64,000 bases of DNA from Nymphaea colorata (Eukaryota): NCBI RefSeq assembly GCF_008831285.2, contig NC_045138.2, positions 3,720,001 to 3,784,000 on the forward strand. Direction: 5' to 3'. Under the pieces are notes generated by a model. That model saw only the letters and a program-made list of their open reading frames with translations, was not told the DNA's origin and did not search any database. How positions within the stretch are numbered: position 1 is the first letter of the stretch; each line of letters begins with the position of its first letter. The position numbers and the translations under genes were made by a program. Shown piece after piece: positions 38,871-51,230 of the stretch.

Positions 38871-40024
38871 CACTGCCTTATTTGCGATTTTGCGTTTAAG
38901 TGAATATTTATTAAAAGTAATGGGTTTTTTTTGAAAAGGAATAAAAGTGCGGGGTGAAGCAAATTCAACTTCGACCCCTTCCAAATGTCCAAGAGATAGA
39001 GAGGGAGATATAGAAAAAAAAAAGGAGAAAAGAAGTCGGCGGATGCAGTCAACGAGGTCATGTGGCAAAGTTGGGGGTGTTTAGTTCATACTAGAACCAA
39101 GAAAAAAAAGGTATCAAATTTGAGCGTTTTTACGAAGTCCCAAATCCCAAATCTCCAACCCAATCGGCACTTTTGAGGCTAATTTGACATGTAATGAAGC
39201 GAATTATCACTACTTACACAACAAATTGGACTAAAGCACCCAAATGGATTTCTTTTAGCTCGATCGGAATGGTGGTGGCCGATGGCCAGCCTTGACCAGA
39301 TGGCGTTAGTCAGCCATGGTTCTTTGATTTGTCACGGCTCGTTAATTTGCCCCATCCATGATTGCCCAAGTTACAACTTACAAACGAATCAAGCTAACTT
39401 TGGATCATGTTCGGAATGACCTGTTTGCTAATTATTTCATTATGGAACCTTAGAGGTAAAAGACCTCCGGCCTCCGGGTCATGAAATTTTTTTCCCTTAG
39501 AAGAAGCAATGACTGCGTTTTGTGTTTTCATGGCAGCCCAACGCTACTTAAGAAAATTTTGGAGCATCTTTTAAACATTTCTTAGGTTTCAAATCCATGA
39601 CAGCTGAAATCTACAATTGCATCAAACGGCATCCACACCTTAACGTAAAAGTACGAATTTGAAATCAGATGAAAGAGGAATTGAGATCCTTGAAAAAGAT
39701 AAATTTACCCTAGTCTCACGATTTTGGCAAGAATTTTCTTCCTGCGCTTGGTTACAAAGTAAACGAAAAAAGAAAATCCATTGTGACCAGTGTTTTCTGC
39801 AATGAGATGGGGCTGCTTCCTTATTGGATTTTTCTTTGTAAAACCAGCGGTTCGATGGGATCCAGGGTCGTTTGGAAACGTGGAGGCGCGGCAAAGATGA
39901 AACTCTTTGCTGCTATCCCCAGCCAGAGGTTGTCCCGCACCCACTTGATTCTTTCTTGAAAGACTGCCGGTGTCGCGGTTTCCGGGCAGTTCTTTCCGTC
40001 GGGCATTGGCCTACCGTTTTGGTG

Positions 40025-41992
40025 ATGCCGTCCCTTGCATTTCCTCACGCAGGACCCTTGGCATTCATCAGGCCTCAGCCTCTTGCCGGCTGTTATTCTC
40101 CTCATCCCGCTCGCGGAGCTCTGCTGTCCTCTCGCTTCCGGGGTGCCTCATCCACCTCCCACCAACCGCTGCAGTCCACCTCCTTTCTTCTCAGACAACC
40201 AAAGCAGAACCAGCAACAGACCAATCGCCGTTCTCTTCTGGGGAGGGCATTCGCCTCCTCAACCGGACGCCCCACCGCCGATGCCCAGCACTTGCGAAGG
40301 GAGCTGGAAGACGTTTATAGAACCTGTAAAATTTGGAGATGGAGAGGTCACGCCATCAATTTCTCGCAGTCTGGGACTGCAGAAGGACCTCCGCTCCTTC
40401 TCGTCCACGGCTTCGGTGCTTCGGTCGGTCACTGGCGGAGGTACATGGGGTCTCTTACAACAGCACGGCCTTCTTCCTCTTCGCATCCTTCCTCTTCCTC
40501 TTCCTCTTCCTCGTTCTCTTTCTCTCCCGAAACAATTTCGCTTCTGCAGTTTCGTCCAGCTAAAATATCTTTGCCCCCACGAATGCTTTCAGGAACATTA
40601 AGGTGCTCGCTGAGAGCCATACCGTTTTCGCCATCGATCTGCTCGGTTTTGGTGCGTCTGATAAGCCTGCAGGTTTCGCGTATGAGATGGAGATCTGGGC
40701 TCAGGTCAGGTTTTAGATGATTACCCAGCTACCCACCTTGTTCTCCCCTCTTCCTCCTTCTATTGCAAGAACGACGTATTTACAGGGAGCAGTGGTTCTT
40801 TTCCACCAGTTGATCCTGGACTTTTTGGAAGAGGTGGTTCAGAAGCCGACGGTGCTCATAGGCAACTCCGTCGGCAGCCTCGCATGTCTTATTGCAGCTG
40901 CTTCAGGTTCGGATGTCTTCTTCTTCTTCCGTTGCATGCATGTTTTACACCAACTTCTGGTCTTAAAATCAGAAAGGCCAGGGAAGCCCTCATGATCTGT
41001 CTGTCCGTTTCTTGGTGGTTCGAGGGATCCGTGACTGGGCTGCTAGTCAGGTTCATTTTTGTTTCTTGCACTTAAAAGGTTGTCTGCGGCTGCTTTTCTC
41101 ACTTTGTGACGCCTGAACAGAGTCGCAGCAGGGTCTGGTCCGGGGGCTGGTGCTACTGAACTGCGCAGGTGGCATGAATAACAAGGCGATAGTTGATGAC
41201 TGGAGGATCAAGCTTCTGCTGCCGTTTCTTTTGCTGTTTGATTTCCTTCTCAGGCAACGGAGGATTGCATCCTTCCTGTTTGAACGCGTCAAGAGCAGGT
41301 ATGCTGACGCACATTTCCCTTTCTCTTTTGAACTGGCATGTGTAAATGGTGCGTGACTCAGAAACATGAACCAGGGAGACCCTGAAGGGCATTCTCTTGT
41401 CTGTCTACGGAAACAAAGACAGCGTTGACGATGAATTGGTTGAGGTGATAATTCTTTGGCACTTTGTACTAGTACCTTTTCTTTTCACTCTTTTTTTTTT
41501 TTTTTTTTTTTTTTTTTCCATCTTGCTAGTTAAAGCAATATCAGAATATCATAATGTCATCGCACTTGAATTGTGATAGCCGCTGCTTCCTGCTTCATGT
41601 CTGCTTGCCTGAACTTGCTATGTTCATGTTCTTTCTCTACATTAAGAGTTGTAAAAGCTCAAATAATTGCATGGTTGCAGATCATCAATGGACCAGCAGA
41701 AGACGAAGGGGCGCTTGATGCATTTGTATCTATTGTGACAGGTCCACCTGGGCCCAACCCTACTTCCTTGATGCAGAACATCTCGCTGCCTGTTCTGATA
41801 CTGTGGGGAGATCGAGACCCATTTACTCCACTCGATGGGCCTGTTGGCAGATACTTTGCGTCTCTCCCATCAAGACTTCCGAATGTCAATCTTTTTGTTC
41901 TGGAAGGAGTTGGCCATTGCCCTCACGATGACAGACCTGATCTAGTCCATGAAAAATTGCTCCCTTGGTTGGATGCCCTTCCCGAAACATGA
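40025..41992 (+). CDS. CLD1: Chloroplast alpha/beta-fold hydrolase, chlorophyll dephytylase 1 / pheophytinase-like family
   Basis: Exons: 40025-40440, 40593-40704, 40810-40906, 41121-41298, 41375-41444, 41681-41992. Motifs LVHGFGASVGHWRRN, IDLLGFGASDKP, nucleophile elbow GNSVG, LNCAGGMNNKAIVDDWRIK, WGDRDPFTP and GHCPHDDRP. N-terminus resembles a transit peptide. The CLD1 assignment is from recalled similarity to the Arabidopsis protein, not a search. Confidence 0.88.
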
Positions 41993-43321
41993 CCGCGAAC
42001 CTGTCTCATCTCCTCCTTCTGGGCACTATTCTCTGTATCTCAGGTTCAACTTCTGCCTGATCACTATAAAGGAAACGGGAAATTGTAGCAAATTTTCGTG
42101 TAAAAGAGCCTGAGGGTCTGTTTAAAGCCATTCCCCACTTTATCTTCAATGTCGAACCAGTGGCGGTACGGCTTGATTGGATGCTTCTGTTTTTTGCTGC
42201 CCTCGTTAGATGAAAGGCTACCAAGTACCAACCTTCCCTGCAGGTATTTCAATTCTTCCACCATAAGTTCTGTCCACTCCACTCCATCGACGTCGGTGCA
42301 GTTTTGAAGTATATCAATGGACAATTTTGAATTAATTTCTTTTGCCCATTCACAACTGATTTTGCTGAATCTTCAAATCAGTTGATTCGCAGAGAATTGG
42401 CAACTTCGCTGATTCGATTTGAAGACTCACAAGGAGGAATATATTGATTGGGAGTAATATTTTTAAGGCTGAGTATGGTTATCCCACACGACATTAGGTT
42501 GCACACAAGATACTTTTGAGATCACTAATTTTTTAGGTGCGTACATAGGTTGTAGCTGTAACCAAGCATAGTGACGGAGGATCAAGCGAAGTGAATATTG
42601 TAGGTCATGTAAAGGGAAAGTTGGACGCCTTATTTAGTTATTTAAATGATACCGTCAACAAGTAATCGGGGCTAAATGCTTCCTTTCAAACTTAGCTAGT
42701 GACATGAACATTAAACAATTACAATTTTAATGGTTTCTCACAGTCATTGCTGTTCTATGATCATTTTGAGGTATGCTGGATGACAATTCATCGAGTGCGA
42801 TCAACACTTTTTTTTTAATTGTTAAAATAAAAAAAATATTCTATGTAAAAAAAATCACGAGCTACTCATTTGGTTTTCGATGCAAGCCTGTGGGAAGGTT
42901 AGGCCTTCTTACCTTTATTGATACACCGCTGTGCAAAAAGCTTGCAAAAGAATCAAAAGTGCTAGGCCTTGACACTTCAGAATACAGGAACCAAGGTCAG
43001 AATTTACAGCTCCTTACATCGGCATAAAATATTATCATCTATGTGAAAAGGAGGATCGTCATCCAGCAGAGTTACGTTATGGATCATCGACGACAGCGCA
43101 CGGAAACTAGGGGTGGGTATCGGGCCGGGCCGGCCAGCCCGGCCCGATAATATTGCCGGGACGGGCCTGGCCACCAAAAATTAGGCCCGGCTCGCCGACC
43201 GACTTCCTCCTGCCCGCCGACCTCCCTCCTCGCTCGTCGATCTCCTTCTTGCAGAGACCGTGCGGCGTTTCCCCCTCTCAAAGCCCTAAACCCTCTTCCT
43301 TCTGCTCTTTGTCGACGTTGT

Positions 43322-46300
43322 TGTCACACTCCGACCTTTTTGACACTCAAACATTTTTTTTTCTAACATCCAACATCGAGGTGTGACTACACAATAGTTC
43401 AAAAAGGAATGAGCCAAGCAATTCAAAACAATGGGGCAAGCTTTTCATTATATAGCATTTCAATTCAATTGTACATTTGACAAAAATGCCTCAAAATCAC
43501 AACATCGATGCCTAATCAAAAACAAGGCACCAGTAAAACCAAAAACCCGACGCGCCGGCACTACAAGAGCAAAACAAAACCCAAAACCTCCCCAATAGGA
43601 CGTGAGTGTAGCCATCTGCTCAGCCTGCTGCCCCGGGTACACCGAAACCTGAAAAAAGAAACAACTGAAGGCTTAGCCTTCGCAGTATGGCAACAAGCCA
43701 GGAAAAGTCCAAGCCCTCTTGGGTCGGGCTCAGTACACAAACAAACATCAGAACAATCTATCATTATGTCATGTCAAGACACGACATGCAGACGCCACTC
43801 AATGGCTACAATAACATAATTTCAATCACATGCAAGGCATCATCAACATATCACTTGCATTCATAAGCACAACAGTCACATGCACAACAATCCTATACAT
43901 TTCAATCACATACATTGCAGTTTCATTACTATCAGTGAATTTACAGTTCCTGTGGGTGCAAACACAGACACGTGCACACCGCGGGCGGCCCACAGCCGAG
44001 AGACAACCCCCGTGGTGGCCCAGAACAGTATGGATCCATCTATCCGCTGCAGCGGTAGAGCACTCATCCATGGATGTGTGAATTCCAAGAAGAGATACTC
44101 AGCCTTCCCTAGGACACCCAGGTTGAGAAGGCGGGAGCCTACGCTCCAAGCACATCACACAACAGTACCCTGGGGCCTTGCACCGCCTGCGCTCCGAACA
44201 GGCGAGACCAGTGGCGAAAGCGGGACAACTCCCATATACATAGTCACATCCCACTGGCCTCTCATCTCTTATTCTTTCATTCTTATACTTATACTTGCAC
44301 AAACACATTTAACTGGCTAGCTCCTGAGGTTGGTTCACTTCACGAGTGAACCCACACCTCCAATTGCCTCCACACGAGGGTTACACATAACCACAACAGT
44401 TTTGACTAGCCGTCATAACAATATGGGTACAACTACCCACTGTGCAAACATTTGCATCATTGCCCGCAGCAATGGGTATTCAATAAACATAACATTCACA
44501 TTCATCATCATAACAATCACATATTTGAAAACTTAGCCAAACCACAGAGAGTAGTCTCATTCTATGGTGGGCTCGTAGCTGTCCTATGCAGTTATCATTC
44601 TAGAATGCTTTCTAATGCACAATTGGGGTCGAGGAGACACTCGACTCGATACCCCGCCTCATCTGTCCTAAACAGTTATCAATTCTAGCATGCACATGCA
44701 ATGCGTAACATTATCAAAACAATTACTATAAGCCTTTCAAAACAATTCATATCATATATCAATTTATGTACATGCATACACATATTCATTCACGGAACAC
44801 TCAATCAATTCATATCACAAATCCTAGGATCCCATGATCCTAGGAACACACATTCATTCACTTGCCCAGGCAGGGATTTGCCTGGAATGTCGCCATACCT
44901 GTGGCGCGTTCACAAGCATCTTCCAAAATGCCTCGAGCTTCGAATCCGGTAGCTCAAGGTCGACGGGATGTACCCGGTGTACCTGTAGACACAAACACAA
45001 GATAAGATTCCTACTTCATACCTCAACAATTCAAACAAAAACAAAACAAAATCATTGAGGCACGTGTCATCGCCTCGAGAGGGTGTCGACGGGTAGTGTC
45101 AACCCACAAGTTCTCCAAAAGGGTCACTTCCCACTTCTAGCCGTGCCAATAGATGCCAAAACTCAAAGCCATCAATTCTTCTATCACTAACGCCTTTCTC
45201 AAAACTCCATTTTTCTTAAATCAAGGCGTCTACCCCAAAGATACATCCAACTTATGTACGTTATCCCTATTTAACTCCAAGATACACCCGTTCACAAAAA
45301 CGCGTGCTACAGGCTCACTAAAACGGTCCTAAATCTTCCCCACAACCTCACAAACTCTACCATGTTTCCCCTAATGCTTCGAAAATTAATCTATCATGCT
45401 TAAATGATCATCCAAAATATGAATCTTCGCTTCCCAACATAATCGCAAGCTTTCCCCCAAAAACGAAATCACTAACATGTGTTCCAAATAATCAATTCTA
45501 AGCTTTAGCATGCTCAAACAATAATTATACGCGTTCCAAAGAAAAATATATCATAAAATATGTTCAATTTCGCCTTGCGCACCCCAATTGAAGGTCTAAA
45601 CTGCTTTAATCCTCCCGGCAGCCACCTCACGTGCCCAAGTGGTCCCCAAACGGCTAAAATCCTCCAATGCCTCCACTACTAAGGCCTCCTCTAACTGCTG
45701 TTACGAGGGGGAGGACAAATCCCCAAGCTGAAAACGGATCCAACAGTGATGAAATAGTGAAAAATCAGTGAGAGAAAGTGCTTGATTGGAGAAAATAGAA
45801 AACGAGCAGAAAATGGGGAGAGAGCATGAAGCGTGGACAGAGAGGGAGGTCGAATAGAGGGAGAAAGAGGGAAAAACGGAGGGGGACTGATAGGGGAGAG
45901 GGTTCGGTCAAAAGGGGAAAAGAAGGCAGTGAGGGGAGAGGACGGGAGAGAAGAGAGAGACGGTGGAGAGTGAGGGGAGTCGTTCGGTGGAGAGGGGAGA
46001 CGAGAGACAGTGGGAGAGGGAGACGAGTGACAGTGGGAGAGGGAGGAGGAGAAGAAGGAAGAAGGAAGAGTTAGGGAGAGGTTGAGGGCTTACCCAACTG
46101 CCGACACCGACGCCGCCGCCGCCGCCGCCGTTCCTTCCTCCGCCGGCTCAAGCGTCGCCACTGCTCCCTCGTCCTCCTCCTGGTCTCACACGGGCGACAC
46201 GGAAGCAAGAAGGCGTCGAGGAAGAAAAGGGAGACGCGAGGGAGAAGGGCCCTCGCGTCGGGCTCCTCTCGCGTGGGGCTAGGGTCCGGGTCTGGACCCT

Positions 46301-46336
46301 GACCCGACCCGCTCCGCCCAAACGCCGCGCGTTACA
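43322..46336 (-). repeat. 3' LTR of the Tekay element (3015 bp)
   Basis: Near-identical direct repeat of 51231-54244, adjacent to the PPT. Confidence 0.96.
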
Positions 46337-46384
46337 TCCTACCCTCCTAACAAACAAATTTCGTCCTCGAAATTAGATCATACC

Positions 46385-49300
46385 TCAATGCAAGAACAAG
46401 TACGGATATCTCTTCCGCATGTCCTCCTCAGGTTCCCATGTGCTCTCCTTCAATCCATGGTACTGCCATTCCACCTTCACTAAAGGAATTCTCTTTGTGC
46501 GAAGCACTTGCTCTCTTCGGTCCACAATTCTAATAGGTTTTTCTTCCATTGTCAGATCATCTTGCACCTGAATACCTTGAAAATCAATCACATGTGTCGG
46601 ATCTGGTACGTACTTTCGAAGCATGGAAACATGAAAAACGTCATGAACCTGACTCAAGTCTGGTGGTAGTGCCAATCTATAGGCCACCTCGCCAATCTTC
46701 TCTAATATCTCAAAAGGTCCTACGAACCTCGGGCTCAACTTTCCCTTCACCCCAAAACGAAAGACACCTCTAGTAGGGGAAATCTTCAAAAACACATGAT
46801 CACCAACCTCAAAAGTCAAATCTCTACGACGAATGTCGGCATAGCTTTTCTGTCTACTCTGAGCAGTCAACAACTTTTTCCTTATCAATTGCACTTGGTC
46901 GGTGTAGTGTTGCAAAACTAAAGGGTTTTCGATTTTTCCATCACCCAATTCGGTCCAACAAGCTGGCGATCTGCACGGCCTTCCATACAAAGCCTCAAAA
47001 GGTGCCATCCCAATACTAGAGTGGTAACTGTTATTATATGCAAATTCTGCCAGTTTCACATGTTTGTCCCATTCTCCTTTCCACTCTAAGACACAAGCAC
47101 GCAACATGTCCTCTAAGGTCTGAATGGTCCTCTCCGATTGCCCATCAGTTTGGGGGTGGAACGCTGTGCTTAGCTTAAGCTTGGTACCCAAAGCCTTCTG
47201 CAAATGCCCCCAAAATCTAGAGGTAAAACGTGGATCTCGATCCGAAATGATAGACCTTGGCACACCATGCAATCTCACTATCTCGCCAATATATAACTCT
47301 GCGAGACTTTCCAAAGACTGATTAATTCTAATAGACAGAAAATGAGCGGACTTCGTCAGTCGATCAACAATCACCCATATGGCGTCATGCTGTCTTCGGG
47401 TGTGAGGCAATCCAACTACAAAATCCATTGTAATGTCTTCCCATTTCCACACCGGGATATCGATTCTCTGCAACAAGCCTCCGGGCCGTTGATGCACTGC
47501 TTTTACTTGTTGGCAAACCAAGCACTTTGCCACATATTCTGCAATTTCACGCTTCATTCCAGGCCACCAAAAATTTCTCTTCATATCCTGAAACATCTTT
47601 GTACTACCAGGGTGTATAGAAAACTTAGATTTATGAGTTTCATCAAGCAACCGTCGCTTCACCCCTTCATCTCTAGGGACCCACAATCTATGTCGAAACC
47701 ACAATGAACCCTCTTCATCTTGATGCCAGAAAGCATCTACCTTCTTACACTCTTCCACGTTCTTAGCAAAATCAGGATCTTCCTTTTGCTTCAATACAAG
47801 CTCTTCCATCAAAGGGTGTTGTATCACGGCACTCATCGTTGCTTTGTTCTCGCCACAAAGGTAAGGTTGCCATGCTATCACATCTTGTAACAAATTCTAA
47901 GAACATGCTAACATACTATACATCGTTGCCTTAGCTTGCCTGCTCAAAGCATCAGCCACCACATTCGCCTTGCCTGGATGATATGATATCGTGAAATCAT
48001 AATCTTTTAGGTATTCAATCCATCTTCTTTGCCTCAAATTAAGATCACTTTGGGAGAATATATATTTCAAAGACTTGTGATCTGTAAACACTTCAAATGT
48101 TGCCCCATAGAGATAATGCCTTCAAATCTTTAGTGCAAACACAACTGCTCCCAACTCCAAATCATGGGTGGGATAGTGTTGTTCGTGTGTCTTCAACTGC
48201 CTTGATGCATAAGCCACCACACGGCCATTTTGCATCAGTACACAACCATAACCGATTCCTGATGCATCTGTGTACAATACAAAACCCGAATGACCTGATG
48301 GAAGCGTCAGAATAGGAGCAGCAGTAAGCTTGTCCTTCAGAGTTTGAAAACTCCTCTCGCACTCTTCACTCCAAATAAACTTCACTCCTTTTCTCAATAG
48401 CTTAGTCATTGGTGTAGCTATTTTCGAAAAGTCTTGTATAAACCTGCGATAATATCCTGCCAATCCCAAAAAACTTCTAACCTCGGTTACACTGCATGGC
48501 GTCCTCCAGTCCTGCACAGCTGACACCTTAGCCGGATCGACGGATACTCCATCCTTAGAGATTACATGACCCAGAAAGTTTACCTTCTCTAGCCAAAATT
48601 CACATTTTGAATACTTGGCATATAACTTATGCTTGCGCAAAAGACCCAATACACTTCTCAAGTGATCTCTATGCTCTGTCACACTTTCTGTGTACACCAA
48701 AATATCATCAACAAAAACAATAACAAATCGATCCAAGAACTCTTGGAAAACTCGATTCATGAGGTCCATGAACGCTGCGGGAGCATTGGTCAACCCAAAA
48801 GGCATGACCCTGAATTCATAGTGCCCATATCTGGTTCGAAAAGCAGTCTTAGCAACATCCTCCTCCCGTATCAAGAGTTGATGATAACCCGTCCTCAGAT
48901 CGATCTTGGAGAAAACCTTTGCATCCTTAAGCTGATCAAACAAGTCTTCGATTCTAGGAAGCGGATACTTATTCTTGATGGTGACTTGATTCAACATGCG
49001 GTAGTCAATACACAAACGCATTGTCCCATCTTTCTTCTTCACAAACAACACTGGTGCTCCCCACGGTGACACACTAGGTCGGATGAAGCCCTTGTCTAAG
49101 ATCTCCTGCAGTTGCTTCTTCAATTCTTCTAACTCTGCTGGTGCCATACGATAGGGTGCCTTAGAAATAGGAGTTGTTCCTGGTGACAACTCTATCTTGA
49201 ACTCCACTTCTCGTGTTGGAGGCAAACTTGACAGTTCCTCAGGAAACACATCAGGGTACTCACTCACAATTGCCACATCCGGTAACCTTACCGGTTCCGT

Positions 49301-50995
49301 CTCATTGGTCAACACATTGACCAAGAAAGCAACACTTCTATTTTCTATCAATCGTTTAGCTTTCAATGCAGACACCATTATCTTATCAGTTCGACTGGCC
49401 TTACGAGCATGGAACTCCACAGGTTGCATTTCATCAGTCAACAACTGTATCTGCTTCTTCCTGCAATCTATATTAGCATAATATGCATATAACCAATCCA
49501 TGCCCAAAATCACATCAAATTCGTTAAAACTCATGATCACTAACTGTGCAGGTAAGTGATGTTGATGGATCTCCACGTCCACATCAGATAGATACTCACT
49601 ACACGACTCTTGAGCATGTATAGGGCTAACAACTTTCAGAACATACGGCATCTTCCTAGCAGGCACTTCTAGTGAAGTAGCAAATCGACTAGATATAAAT
49701 GAATGGGTCGCCCCAGCATCAAACAACACTCTAGCAATATGAGAACCAACAAGTAAAGTACCTTCAACAAGGTCGTGTGCCTGAAGCTCCTCCACGGTAG
49801 TAGCATAGACACGTCCAGTCGTCTGTCGTGCGCTAGAAGGACCGGCCTCTGGCTTCTTCAACTCTCTTTCTTTCCTTAAGGGACAATCCTTGATAAAGTG
49901 CCCCATCCTTCCACAGTGTAAGCAAGCTCCGATCTCTCGATAGCACGGCTGTCCAGGGTGCACACGTGAACAAGTAGGGCACCTCTGAGAAGTCGGAGTA
50001 GCCACTGACCCCTGGGTGGCCTCACTACGGGTTGGCTGGTTCCGTCTGAAAGTTCGATCATCCTGCCTCTCATAAGGCCTTGTCCTGCCTGTAAAGTGGT
50101 GGCGCTTCACCTGGGTTCGTCCACCTTGTGAATGCTGGCCCGTATTCTTCTGGTGATCCTTCTGTGTCCTCGCCCAGTCTTCTTCTATACATTTTGCCAT
50201 AGTGACCGCCTCGTCCAAGTCACGAGGTCTGCTCGTCAAAACTTTGGTTCGCAGTCCCTCCCGCAGACCGCGCACAAACTTACCTGCTCTAGCTCCGTCT
50301 GTGGTGTAGAAGTGTGGGCAATACGCCTCCAAGTGTCGATATCTTGTAATATATTCCTCCAAGCTCATTTGATTTTGCTGTAGATCAAGAAACTCTTGCA
50401 TGTTCTTGTCTCTAGCATGCACTGGGTAGTAGGTGTTGAGGAATGAATCTCTAAACTGCTTCCAAGAAATTGACGGTTGGCCTGCATACCGGATCTCAAG
50501 AGTTGATTTCCACCAATCCATGGCATCACCTTTCAGCAGGTAAGTGCCATAGTTCACTTTGTCCTCCTCAGGCATCTTCAGAAGTACAAATATGCGTTCA
50601 ACTTCCTCAATCCACTGCTTTGCCTTATCGTGACTGCACCCTCCTGAAAAGATAGGCGGCTGCATCGCCATGAATTGTTGAAACGACACCGCTGATGCCT
50701 TCTCCTTAAGTGGCGCAGTGGTGTCTCCTGAAGGAGATGCATTACTCCTCTGGTTACTGACCATGGACTGCACAAGGGAGGTCAGTGTTTGCAACGTGGT
50801 CAGCAAAATAGACTGTTGATCCACAGGTGGAGTCTGCCTCAGTGGGGTTTGAGCACCCCCACCCAATTGGGCATAATGGTGCCCTGACGTACTGTCGTCG
50901 CGTGGGGTATGCGCATCAGAATGGGCCGGACTAGGCTCTCTCTGTGCCTCTGTGGACGGCCCAGCTCGCTTCTTACCCTTACGATGATATTCCAT
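46385..50995 (-). pseudogene. Gag-Pol polyprotein of the Tekay element with two in-frame nonsense codons
   Basis: Zinc knuckle [14 protein letters not shown], protease [16 protein letters not shown] and [13 protein letters not shown], RNase H TDASG, integrase HPGSTKM...C..C and SDRDPRF, chromodomain VKVEW...STWEPE. Stops at 48122-48124 (ALKI*RHYL, normally W) and 47897-47899. The three ORF-track pieces are in the same frame. Confidence 0.92.
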
Positions 50996-51230
50996 ATGTA
51001 CAAACAAGAACCTTAATCTCAAATCCAGTCTATGACTAATCTCACAAATCAAATCACAACGTGCATTAGCACGAAGTTCAAAACATAGATCACATTACGT
51101 ACTTATACGTGAAAAAGCATAACCACAATAACAATCTAATCAAATGAATGCGTACCTGGGCAACACGGCTTCACAAATAGGCTTTAACTCACATCCATAG
51201 TGGGGTTTGCCATGGCTCTGATACCAAAAC

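Noticed and set aside
39872..40024. N-terminal extension of the hydrolase in the ORF track
   Set aside because: It starts at a non-ATG codon. The first in-frame ATG (40025) already gives a plausible transit peptide.
43460..46357. Many short ORFs duplicated at 51368-54346
   Set aside because: They lie within the two LTRs. The duplication reflects LTR identity, not paralogous genes.
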